From: Takakia lepidozioides
Lineage: Eukaryota > Plantae > Bryophyta
NCBI GenBank assembly: GCA_030704615.1
Contig: CM060734.1
Location: 38,254,001-38,318,000 of the forward strand
Length of the DNA: 64,000 bases
Reading direction: 5' to 3'
The position numbers were made by a program, and so were the translations under genes. The notes under the pieces are model-generated. The model was not told where the DNA came from, made no database searches, and saw only the letters and a program-made list of their open reading frames with translations. This document shows, in pieces, positions 1 through 13,000 of the stretch. The stretch's first letter is position 1. Each line of letters opens with the position of its first letter.

Positions 1-345
1 CTTTTGTATCCTCAATACTGCCACATTGTCCACGAGGGTATTGTTCAGAATGACATCGGCTACAATTCCAAATTTGACAATGGCACCATGGACCTTTTAC
101 CCTTTCTTAGGGCTGCCAGGCTCGCACACGCATTGCAAACACAAACGAATGTGACCCGGTCCACCTTCACCCCTTCCCGCATTATTTGCTCATACGTCTC
201 CGAAGCCTCTATACCACCTCCACGCTGTGCATATCCTCATTGTGCCTATCCTCGCCCCTTCCTGCATCATTTGCTCAAGAATAGGTCTGCAAAGCCTCCA
301 TCCCACGCCCCTGCACATCCTCCGATCATCGCGTTCCATGCTCTA
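1..345 (-). pseudogene. PLS-class pentatricopeptide repeat (PPR) gene fragment, frameshifted and truncated by the window edge
   Basis: The minus strand reads WNAMIGG..., then GYAQRGGGIEASETYEQIMREGVKVDRVTFVCVCNACASLAALRKGK, then after a frameshift VHGAIVKFGIVADVILNNTLVD. These are typical P/L/S motif phrases of plant RNA-editing PPR proteins. Confidence 0.8.
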
Positions 346-539
346 GGCTCGTGGATACTAAGAAAACATATGGTGGGGCGGGAGACAGAAGACCAAAAGG
401 AGGCCAAGTCCCAGCCCTCTGTTCACGGCTACCCTAATGGGCAACCCTATAAGCAACTTTTTGAATTTTTTTAACTTTTTACACTTTGATCATTGATGAA
501 TGAACTTACCCAATGGATGAATACATTCGGGTATGTGCC

Positions 540-861
540 TTCAAAATGACACGTGTAGTGATGCAGTCGGATAATTAGAGCTGTGAAACCATATTTAGTC
601 ATGAAGTCATACTATTCTAGGAAAATTCATCCACGTGTAGTCCTCCATATGATGCGAGTCATATAAACCATCCATGTCATCGTGGTCAACAATGTTTGAC
701 CAATGCTCCCTACCTTTCCGGAGTCATGGAGTGATATCCATTACTACAGAGTGATAAAACTATGATTACAATGCAATTCGGCATTCTGTAGTGGTGTACC
801 TAGTGCCGTTTTTATGACTCCAAAAAAGTCGTAGTCCTAAAAACGCTCATCTCTTGTAATG
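540..861. mobile_element. Possible CACTA terminal remnants
   Basis: TTCTGTAGTG ends at 793 (reverse complement CACTACAGAA) and TCTTGTAATG ends at 861 (close to CACTACAAGA). They are preceded by recurring AGTCAT/ATGACT short repeats. No partner end or TSD was found. Confidence 0.35.
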
Positions 862-1972
862 TTGCCTGTCGATGTCGCAGAGTTGTATTGGTACTCACCA
901 TCGTATCTTGACCACATGACTTCTCCTAATGACGAGGCCTTCGCCAAGTCTCACTATACTGAAGAACCTTGCCCTTTCAGTGCCGCGGCTGAAGATGACG
1001 GTTTTGATGTGGTGGAGGAGCATGTTCTGGCAACAAGGTTTAAGCTCGAGATTGGCTGTGTTTTTGTTGAGAAAGAGATTTATGACTTGGAGGGAAACGT
1101 ACAAAGAACGTTGTTCTAGAAACCGATTATTGCACAAAAACACAAGGAATGGAGAGTTCTTCCTGGAAAATATCGTGTATTCCGAAGTGAAAGAAGACAA
1201 TCCGGTGGCTCCATTGTGACGCCTGGGACAGCTGCCACTGTCGTTCAAGGCAAGCGGCATGTGACTGTAAAGCAAGAGGACACCACTTCAACAACTTTTG
1301 TCAAAATGTTGGATTCCTCGGATGATGAATTCGCGGAAATACCGGCTCCCAAGTTCCTCATAGTGTCAACTCTCTTTGTGTTGCCATCCTAAGCAGCCCA
1401 TCACAGTGTTGAAGGAGTCTGAATGGATACCTTGCTTGTAGACATAGTGTAATCAACTCCTTCATCAGCTTTAGGTTAAGACCTCTAGGGTGAACCCTAA
1501 TAAGTCACCCTCATGAGTCATCCTAGTGAGTTATGCCGTTATCCAATTCCCTGTTCCATTCTAGACAAAAAAATCTGAATGGAATAACGGGATCAGACAA
1601 TTCTTGAATGTTGTCTATAAAGATCTTAGCAACATTTAAGGAAAGAAAGAGAGAAAATAAATTCCTCAAGCCTCTCATTTTCAGGTTTCCTAATGCTGAT
1701 ACAAGGCATTGGCTACAGTAGACCAGCCAAAGAGAGCAATGTACATTGACCGGATCATGTAGAAGGTGTACACATATACTCTATTATGCTGTTGCTACAG
1801 GGCCTAGCTCAAGATATCATGTATTGGTTTGCCATCAAATGTCCCTATATGTCCAAGGCTAGATATGAAGGGATCAGGCAATTCTTGAGTGTTGTTACAA
1901 AAAACATATCCACATTCAAGTATAAAGAGAGAGAGTGAAGAGAGATAGTTCTTTCTCTCCTGATACCTTTTC

Positions 1973-2220
1973 AAAAAGGGCAAAGAAGTCCATAGTGACG
2001 TCGTAAGAGCTGGAATTGTATCAGATGTCATTTTGAACCCTGACGAATGCAGGATATGCACAGGAGGGGTGCGGGATGGAGGAATTGGCATGGAGACCTA
2101 TGAGCAAATAATGCGGGAAGGATTGAAGTTGGACCAGATCATGTTCGTTTGTGTTTGTAATGCATGAACGACATTCTGAGCGGTACCCACGTCAACATGT
2201 ATGCCAAATGTGGGAGCAGC
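1973..2220 (+). pseudogene. Second PLS-class PPR fragment, internally deleted
   Basis: The plus strand reads KKGKEVHSDVVRAGIVSDVILN / GYAQEG / ETYEQIMREGLKLDQIMFVCVCNA / HVNMYAKCGS. It is nearly identical in part to the reverse complement of 130-200. Confidence 0.8.
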
Positions 2221-2264
2221 TGCTACTGTCTCTCTCCCCCTACTTAGGCCAAGGAAGACGGGGG

Positions 2265-2560
2265 AATTGATTCCATCCGTGCAACAGGGGAGAAGGTTCT
2301 ATTGTAATCCATACCTTCAATTTGTGAAAACCCCTTTGCAACCAAATGAGCTTTGTGCCTTATTATAGAACCATCTGCATTGTACTTATTTTTGAAAAAA
2401 TCTACGTGCAACCAAAAGACTGCTGTCCATGTGGTAGTTTAACAAGACTCCAAATTTTATTATCTTGAAGAGATTGACACTCAGAGGCCATAACTTTCTT
2501 CTAGTGCGAAGACTTCTCACTCCTAAGTGCATCTGAAACACTTTAGGGTTCATCACTATC
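2265..2560 (-). mobile_element. Ty1/copia reverse transcriptase N-terminal fragment, degenerate
   Basis: The minus strand reads DEP*SVSDALR...[34 protein letters not shown], then after a frameshift [41 protein letters not shown]. This matches the copia KARLVAxGFxQxxGxDYxETFSPV signature. Confidence 0.9.
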
Positions 2561-4026
2561 AATGAAATAGATAGAAGATACCTTTGAGGATTTTTCAATT
2601 ACAGTAGATTGTTTATCGGACCCCGAAAGAAGCTACTGCCTCTCCTTTCCGAGCATTTGCAAATAGCTTCGACAATAACAGACCACGCCTTCTGCTCTCA
2701 ATTATCATATCCAAGTACACATTACACAAGATTTTTTGAGATGGGGGTGGAAACCCCAATGAATGAAGTTTCCAAGCATGCCATAAAGTATATGCCCTGA
2801 CGTAAGCCTAAACTAGGCAATCAGTCCACATCGACCCATTGTGTAGATTGAGAAGAGGAAGTAAAGTAGATAGAGAAGACACCTAGCTCCATCCCATTTC
2901 TTTTTTTCTTTTTTAAGTTTAAGAAAAAAATCCATCCACTTCCATCACATGTAATTTCATTCAGTTTTATACCTTCAGATTTGTCCCTTTGGCTAGTCTC
3001 CACCATAGGTCCCAACATTCTTACTCCTTGGACATGAGATACAACATCATAAGAGTCTCTACAGATCACAGCTCTAGGCGCACCTGGCACACTTCGCCGA
3101 TTAGTTCTCCCTCATCTCTGTTTCGTTTCCCCCAGCCTCTCATCCTCTCTCCCCTTTCTTCCTACCCACTACTATGCTCCAAAAAGGGTCCAGTTCTTCA
3201 ACAAGGCTTGGCCTATATCCCATAGCCCTCCTGCCATTGACATTAACCGAGGTACTGTGCCACAGGTCATCATTCTCGACTGAAAAGTTGTCTGAGCTAC
3301 CACTTCAGGGCCCTATCTCATTAGCAGAGCAGCAAGAGCATAAACACAAATAGTTGTATGTATAAAGTCTATCAAAACAACATTGCTAACAATCGACCTC
3401 GAGGCTGCTGAGTGTCAATAAGTACTACACTATTGTGTCATTCCCGGGGATTTAGGGCATACGGATGACTGTTCCCACGACTAGTATCCTCAAAATTTCG
3501 TCCCAGGTAGTTAACCAAAAAATATATACATATATTTCCACGGTTTCACACTACAGATGTACCATCTTTCAATCTCTTAATATACATATTTATGATCTTT
3601 ATGTGTTTTGACATGTCAACCTGATGCAAGTTGTATTAAGTAACCTTAGTGGGTGCCAATGCTTACTTTTAACATCCTTGTGGTATGCATTTATGTACAT
3701 CTAGCACACAATTCAATATCAATCCCTCAAAAATGTAGGGCCATGCAACCACACAAGGTCAGTGAGCTCTATGTGATTAAATGTCTTTGATTTATTCATG
3801 TTGAATGTATTTATATACATGTGCAAATTTTCAATTGGACCTTGGTATTACAACGGTCTTTCTTGTTGGTCCTACACTGACGTCATAATGTAGCCTAGCT
3901 CTAGTACAAAAAATAGCATGGGTGTAGTCCATGGGAGGATGAAGGAGAAAATACTGTTGTAGGTTGGGTTTCAACGAGATCATATAAGCACATTGTACAA
4001 ACTTTGTTGCCTTACACGAGGTCATC

Positions 4027-7000
4027 TCAACGGCGCTGGAAGTTCAAATATTTGATTGCAATGATGAAGACGAAGGCAAAGAGAAGAGGCCACATGACTA
4101 GCATGCCTGCCACAGTTCCTAGAAAGTCATATTTGTACCCAAAATAGACTTCCACATAATTCTTTACAGTTGGAGGGACAACGATAGTCCCAGGTGGTAT
4201 TGTTAGTGTGGACGTAACATTCCCAAATTGCGAGGTAATGAGACCATACATTGTCCACGCCACAGGGCAAATCCAGTAATACCATATCCACCACTTGGGA
4301 ATTTGCTGCAAATATCACAATACATAGCACCGATCAAAAACGCAATCCCCAAAATGATAGAGAGGATTCATCCACAATTAGTAAATCACCTAATTTGTGC
4401 TTATAAGAAAATAATATGACAATCATCAACTATCGTGGCATTTTAAGTCCTCCACTAATGTCCGCTCAAAAGTACAAAGCAAAACTAGGATTGTTGAGAA
4501 AGCCAATCATGGAGATTGTTTGGGTGGAAGTAGGCTGCAGGACCACTTTTAGGGTTAGCTCTTCATCTATACAATATAGTGCTAAAGAGACATAACTTAC
4601 CGGCTTGGCAACCAGAAACCCGGAGAACAGGTTGAATAGTGAATAGAAGAAGGTTGCCATGATCACGGCCACTTGCCCATTTGGCGTGAGTGCCACCATC
4701 ATCATTCCATAATACGTAAATGATATCAAACTGCAGAACAATATGAACACATACCAAAAGAACTTGGTTGTCGTCCATTCAAAGCCTATCATGGAGTATG
4801 TGATACAACCGTATATGATCGTTTGGGAAAGCACATATGGTATCTCAATTAGAACCTGTTCATAAGATCACAGACCAAACGCTTTAAGTTATTTGTCTGT
4901 CGATGTGCCAAAGAATGTACGAGCATATACAAGACATAACATTTTTGTCATATTAGCCTTGTGGCCATAGCTTGGGTGGAACTAAAGGGAACAGAAGCTA
5001 CCTTTGTTGATGTACCAAAAGGGAAAAAATAATAATAATAATAACTTTATAACATCCACTAGTGACATACTCATAAGGAGTCGTAGGATAAACTTTAAAG
5101 TATTACTAGTAATAGCAAATCAAAGAAGAAATAACAAATTAGAACACTTATAGCAAAACATGGTAGTCTAGTACATTAAGTCCTAGAGATCTGCAATCAG
5201 TGTCATTTTATTAGAAAAACATGAAAATGAAATGTTGAAAGCACTTGCAACCTTGCAAAACTTGCCTGTCCTAGTGCATAGGGTATGGCAGAATACATCC
5301 CTGCTGCCCTCTCCCTATAGAATACAGTGCGCTCAATGCCAACCACCGGTTGAACTGTCCCACAGTTGTTGAAGCAAATGAATAGCGTCGCTCCATATAG
5401 GGCCCCCATAATAGTGAATAGGTCCGAGGAGTTGCTTCTACCTCCCCATAGTCCACAAAACTCAAAGGATCAATATATGATGGTGTTAGTAATACTAAAT
5501 TTTGCTCTTATGTCCTCAATTTGTCCAAATGAAGACGTGATTGGATGCCAATCCTAATCATTAATTAACTGAAGCAATGGGGCATTTCCATTGTACGAGT
5601 AACAAATTTTATCTTGATCAATTGTAACAATATATCTCGATACTATGAATTGGATCATTGTATAATGTTGATCATGAAGTGCCCACCTTTTCATGCCAAT
5701 TTGCCAGAAGATGGTGCCAAACACCAGAGCTGTAAGGAGAGTGAAGGCAAACCGCACCAAGTTGTAGCTAGGGCTTCGCCAATATGTCAAATTTTGTTTC
5801 CATACTACACACTTGACTTGTTCAAAAAATGATTGTGAATATTTAGTCGGAAAATGCAGGTCCATCGAGTTTGGGGTGGGTTCGTTGAGCTCCTTTACGA
5901 GTGTTTTGTTGCGTCTGTCATCACATCAAGCGACGTTGTTAACTAAGAGAGGAGGAAAATTGATAACATATGCTACACTTCTGCTCACAACTTATTGTTT
6001 AGACTTACAAAAAAACACATACATATTGTTGCAAACAATCAAGCAAAAACAGTGTTTAAGATTTTCTAAGGCTTGAGAAAGATATGTAGAAATATGATGT
6101 CCATAGATGGCCCTAAGAGTGGTTTGTAATAGAAAAGTGACCACCCATGGACGTCAGGAGAACCTACTGGTGAAGAGACGAGTTCTCATAGAGATCAGCA
6201 AAGTCCACATTAAGTTGGGCCTCGACAGCCACATTGCTGACTTCAAGCATCCATGTGGCAGGGTTGTATCCCTCCTTGATTTTGACAACCCCTGGTATAG
6301 CCTGTACGATATGCACATGGATTGTTACTTTTGTAAGACTTCTACCTTCAAAACTAGTAAAGAATCCTTGTGCTCTCACCTCCATCTTAATAGGTGTCCT
6401 TCCATGTCACTCTTTGATTCACATTCTCTCTAATTTGATGGATATGCATATGAATAGAGAAACCAGACTTCAAAGACTATCCATTTTGTAGATAATCCAT
6501 GAATCATCTTGGGGTTAGAGCTTCCTGACAATCTCACCTCAAAATAATCGATAAGTTTGTCTGACTCGTGCCCCAAAGGCCCCATGTAGATAATGCGCCC
6601 TCCACGCTTAAGCAACAATAGCTATATTGCAATTACCCAATTTGCAGACAATATTAGTACATATCCATTCTTGGAGCAGTTAAGTATATCATATCATTTA
6701 TTCAAAAAATCTATAAAGAAAATCATGTGTCACTATCAAGTCGGCCACTTAGTGAAGGTAATTATTTACCTCATCAAAAGCTTCAAAGATGTCAATGCTG
6801 GGTTGGTGGATGGTGCAGACAACAGTACGACCTGTGTCAACAGTGTTACGCACAGTGCGCATTACAATTGCAGCAGCACGTGCATCTAGCCCACTGGTGG
6901 GTTCATCCATGAAGATGATCGATGGGTTGGCCACCAACTCGACGGCAATTGTTAACCGCTTTCTCTGCTCTGTGGACAACCCAGTGACTCCAGGTAACCC

Positions 7001-10000
7001 CACCAGGGCATCTTGCAATGGCATTAGTTCCACGAGCTCCATCACCTCTTCCACAAATTGCTGGATGCAACCAACAAAAATTACATTACTCATTAACTCC
7101 CTCCCAACCTCTACACTTTAACCGCCTCTAGAGGAATGGCCCTCATTTGTGTTTCTATGAGAGAAAATAAAGGATTCCAAAAATAAATAAATAAATAAAG
7201 ACACAAAATCAATGTTGAGTGACTAAATTAAGAGGGCGTATCATCGTGTCTTAGATTCGATGGTGGTGGATGACATACCATCTTGTTGGCACTGTCAACA
7301 GTTGACGATAGTCGAAGCCAAGCAGAATAGATAATGGACTCCCTTATAGTAACTTGAGGTGAATGGATATCAGTTTGCTCACAATAACCTGCAATACGAG
7401 CAAACGTTTCTTGGTTTTTGGGGTACCCAGAAATACGGATGTCACCCTCAATGTAGCCACCGGTTTTTCTTCCAGCAAGGACATCCATGAGGGTCGTTTT
7501 TCCAGCTCCACTTACACCAACCAAAGCTGTAAGAACTCCTGGTTGGAATGCTCCAGTAATATTTGATAGCAATTGTAGTCGATCCTCTGGCATGCCTTGT
7601 TGCTTCATCTCCTACACATTTACAAGTACAGAGCAATCTCATTTCATCTAATTTCATGGCTAGTAATAATTCAATCCAATGTATAAACTTTAAAGAATTA
7701 TAATGTTGCAATCCAGTGTACTTGGTTAAAACAAAACACAACTATACTCATTCATATATCATAGTAGAGATAAATAAAATGAAATAAGATGGTACTATAT
7801 AATGTCAGCGGAAAGCTCAAAAAAGCTTATTGGACAAACACAAGAAAGAAATGATCGTCATGCAGGATTTAGAAGAGGAAAAACAAACACGTTAGCATAC
7901 CGAGGGCATGTCTACGAAGTAACTGATGTTGTCAAAAGAGATTGCCAAAGGTTGGAATGGTAAAATCATCCCCCGCTTTGCCACCGAGGCTACACTGACA
8001 TCTTTGATTCCATTTGTGTCATTTTCCATGGATGCATGTTGGTTCCCATTCCGTTGCATTTGCAAATCTCCAGGAGCCACTCCAGAGTCTACAACCAAAT
8101 CCACTCATATGCTTTAGATTGTTTGTATGGATGTCTGACAAATTCTGCATTAACTTCCACAAGTCTCCCTGGCCCCTTAGAAGAACTTTTGCAAATCCTT
8201 AAGTTCATCCCCACTGAACCCCATTAAAAATGAAGTTCTTCAATGTATCTAAAAAATCTACTCCTTTCAAACTTTGTATATTTTTGAATTTGTGCTAGAA
8301 TAAAGTGTCACGATGTAACTTTGACAGATTTTTTCATTGTCACTCAATGTTAGTTTTGTCACTAACTAGCTCAATAAAATTTATATCTTTAGGCAAAATA
8401 GGATCCGATGTCCATTGTGGACTGAAGTCTACAAACATACCTGTGGTATTTCTGGTTCGAACAGATAAAGAACGAGGAATGGAACAAATTGGTTGTTTTG
8501 AAGATAAGTCCGCCCCTATACGTTTTGCTTCCTTCTCCGCAAATGCCTCCTTGGACATGACTGCTTGGGGTTTTCCAATTGCTGTTCCAATCATACAATC
8601 CATAGCCAATGATTTGTTAGTCACACTGTCAATCTTTGGAATTTTGGTATATATATGGCGCCTATGGGCCGAGTATAAAAAATCAGCTACCTCTTGTTAT
8701 GATATCACTCTAGTCGTTGTCTCCCAATCTTGTAGGACACAATGATATCCATCAGCTAGAAGGAGTAGAGATGTGAGACAAGCAATTTCATTACCATGTC
8801 CAAGTGGTGGGGAACTCACGATTCAAATAACTAATACACAAGGTGTATAGAATGTTGAAGATGATGGCGAATCCAATCAGTGCTCCAAGGCCAATCCAAT
8901 ACCAGTAGCTGTAGGGATATTGGCCACGATCCGCCAAAACTTTATGTCCTAAAGTCATGTTGGTATTCGCAAGATGCTGCCAGAACCACAACATAAACAA
9001 GCTTCATTAATTTACAAATGTGGAAGCAGATTAAGATAGTATGTGTTAGAAAACAAAGTCCAAATGTTTTCTCTTTTTTTCTTAGCAAACTTCTTTGTGG
9101 TTACAAGGATGGAGGAAGGTCTGAACATGAGCTAAGAAGGGAGAAGAAAAAATAAAACAAAATGAAAACCGATTAAGTACATATGTGGAAGGACCAAAAT
9201 GTCCAAAGGAGAGAAATTTGTTAGATCCAGTAGAGGTGAGAGGCCATTAGAGACAAAACAAGATCATGAATACGTAGGCCAAGAGGTTGAGATAACATCT
9301 AGCTTAAGTGATACATCGATGTTGGGTTTAGGCCTAACCGTTTGCCATCTGGGCGCCAACATTTCATTAACACTGATTGCTTGCTCTGCATAACTGAGGG
9401 GAGATAGCCAGTACCCCCAAATCCACCAAGATCTGATTTTTGGTCGGGGAATGATGAACCCTCCAAGCATGACACAAACAAGAACAACAATAAACCCTAC
9501 TGTGTTGGCCACTATCATTGACCGACACAATCCCCCAATCAGACGAAACATTGAACCGGCCATCTGTTGTATTGCCAACAAAAGAAGGAACTGCTTGAAG
9601 AATCTGCAAAGAAGGTAAGAGAAGCGTGAGTTTGGTCTCTCTCTCTCTCTCTTCCTCTCTCTCTCTACAAGCTACAACAAACAGTCCTATGAGTATACAC
9701 ACACTCTCTCTCTCTTTCTCTCTCTCTCACATACACAAAAAAATCCATCTTCAAAGAAAATGTATGAACATAGTCCCTACATATTTGTTCATCAACTTAC
9801 AGAATATCAAGACTAAATCTAAAGCCCTAATCCTATTGGGGTCTAATTGATGGGCAGATCACACACATTGTATTGATGTTTGTGTGAAGGGTTTTTGAAA
9901 GGAAATAATGATAACCTAAACAAATTTGCAGTTTATATGAAAGTAAGTCTCACTACATCTAGGACGATTAGCCCTTTACAAAGGTAGTGTTTGCTCCCTC

Positions 10001-13000
10001 TTTGTCTCACCCACACTGGGCATAGATTCTATGCCCACAAGACTCTAACAAACAATAGTATATTTAACAAAAAAGTACAAAGAGACCATATAACATCAAC
10101 ATGATCATATACAAAAATTAATCATGCTCACCGGCTGACTTCTGGAGCATAGCCTGTTTCATAATATGTCATGCATATCCAGATGGTACACTCAATTATA
10201 GAGATTGGTAAGCTCAACACCAAACCGGAGAGGGAGTAGGCCCAGGCAGGATAGAATAGAAGATCCCTTTGCTTGAAAATAACAGGGAGGCGAGCAATAG
10301 TCATGGCAAGCTCTCCAAAGCCATTGAACATGACTGTCGTCATGGCGAAAAAAAGAGCACCCAAGTAGGTTGTCCCATCATTAATACTTTTATGATGCAA
10401 TTGTGTACGGAAGAAAACAGTCATGGAAATAAATGCCGTTAAGGCAATCTGCACCCAAACAGTATGTGTGTGTCAAATAGAAAATGTATCCCTATAATTT
10501 CGCATGTCAGTAAATTTGAAGACCAAATTTGTCTGAATTTTGTGGATTTGCTGTAATAGGAATATAAGAGGACTCTGAGGACCTACAAAGTTTCAAAACA
10601 CCATGTTCTAAACACCCCTGGGTAGTAGCAAGGTGAAGTATATTTTAGTTACGTCAGCTCTGGTCGGAGTTTTTTTTTTTCTCTTTCTCTTCTAACACCC
10701 CTAGATCATGACAACAAAGAACAAGGGGAAATGAGCCACCTGAAGGGTCTTGAAGATGTAAACAATAGAATTACGCTTCATAAGGAGTGTTTCCTTAGCA
10801 AAGTTAGCCTTGAACAGCTCCATCTTACTGACTGAATATTTGTTTTTGGCTAATGATGCCTTGTGGCTTTTCTCCTTCGGATATGGCACTGCTAGCTCTT
10901 GCAACATCTTGATGCCTGCATGAAACTGCCTATAGGCATCTGCAAAGTCTGTCACAGAAACATAGTTGTATGGTCTCTGTCGATCAGCCCAGTACTGTTG
11001 TTGATCTTTTCGTGACGTCACCTGTGGTTAGACCCACCTTACAAATTGTTAGTTCCTTGTTGCCACATGTTCAGGAAGTTCTAAACGATACAATATGGGG
11101 GACATACAACAATGTGTAAAGCGGAAGGCAGTGCATACATGCAACAAAAATAACAGTGGTAATATGTATACTCCTAAGAATAGGCTCTCCATGAGATGTG
11201 ATTGACCAGTATGATACCTCTTGTAAGAAATCAGCAACACCTTTTCGATCAGGGCACTTGAAACCACGCGTCTCAAAAAACTCTAGCACATACTCTCGGG
11301 GTCCATGGTACACAATTTGCCCCTCAGCGAGTAAAATAATGTCATCAAAAAGGTTAAAGGTCTCAGGAGCTGGCTGCAATAGTGACACCAAAATGGTGCC
11401 ATCTAGAATTTGTGCAATTTGGCGCAAACTGTTCACAATTGAGAAGGTTGTTGAGCTATCCAAGCCTGTGGAGATCTCGTCCATGAACATTGCTATTGTG
11501 GGCCCCACTATCATTTCACCTGAAGAACCCACAAACCTTACAAATTATTTAGATTTTATGTTATTTGGCTGGTTGATCTTATCATGTAAATGTACTAGAT
11601 GAACTCTAGAATGTTGTGCTACATCATTTATGCATGACATGTATGATGCTAACCACAATTGAGGTTAGTTTGAGAATGAAGACTATGCTAGGAACATGCA
11701 AGACCAAATCTATGCACAAAATTTGTAAGGGACACATTTTGAATCACCTGTTGTGACTCGTTTCTTTTGCCCACCAGAAATGCCTCTCCGCATGTCATCC
11801 CCAACCATTGTGTCGGCACATACGTCAAGGCCCAACATCTGCAAATAACCACACTTGAGAATATTTTCTAAGTATTCAGCTCAAGGAAAACTACGAGGGG
11901 TTCAATTAAAGTTGGTTAAGACTTAATTCTAAATAACTTCACATATTCAGGTGAGGAGATTCACTCACCCTTAACATGTACTCAGTAGAAATGTTATTCG
12001 CCACTCCTCCCAAAGCTGCAGCCTGTAGCCATCACACAATTAGGGTACTTAAACTACTTCAATTTAAAATTAAATGTGATTGGAAGTGAGAGGCGGAGCT
12101 TTTTTCATGAGATTGCTTCAATGGTTATCACTTGCTTTAGAGAGCATCATCCCCGTTTATGATGCTATTAACCGCCCCATAATAGCGAATCAATTTCTAA
12201 GGAATGGATCATTGATTTCACGTCATGAATCTTGAAAGAAATCGTTAGTCAAGGGATCATGGAGCTAGAGAGATCATGACCTGCGTGTGTATTCCTAATG
12301 AGAGACGTAGGGCTTCAAGATGGATAAAGCTGGTCTGGCAACAATGCTCCATATATCATGAAATAGTAATGAGCACAACACTTACTTTCATGAAAGCATC
12401 GACACCTGCCTCAGGGTAAATGCCTGCCTCTTTCTCTCTTCGAGTGACTTCCTCGAGCAAATCTGTTAAACAATTTTTTTGGCATGGAGTCAACTTTTCA
12501 ATTTGGAGGATACAACTCAAGATCACAACCTATGTAACAGAGTTCGACAATCACAAATTTAAGTTAAACTTCTTTTGACTTCTACTAGATATTTTGGTGA
12601 ACGACATGAAAAACATAATGCATTGAGTGCAAACAATTTTTTTTTATGTAGGATCAAATTTCTACTAACCGTATCGAGTGCCAGTTCCCTGACATCGAGC
12701 AGAAAAGTCAAGCGTTTCACGAACTGTCATTTCACCCACATGGAGGTCATGTTGGCTGATATACACTGAGGTCTTTTGGGGCACAAACTCATCCAGAGTG
12801 TGTCCATTGTATGATACCATCCCCGTCACCTACAACCATTCTCACTCCCAGCCATTCAGCAGCATCACTCCCTCTCCACTCTACTATCTGAGCCATACTA
12901 AATTACATGGCAAAAATTGTGGATCATGTAAATGCATACTGAGGCAGCAAAGCGAAAGTGGAAAATGATCTCGGAATAAGATAGTGTGCCAATGGCTCAC

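Noticed and set aside
1685-1765. Exon-like fragment (FPNADT / ALATVDQPKRAMYIDRIM*K) between TTTCAG and GT
   Set aside because: Too short and disrupted to assign, and no neighbouring exons were recognised.
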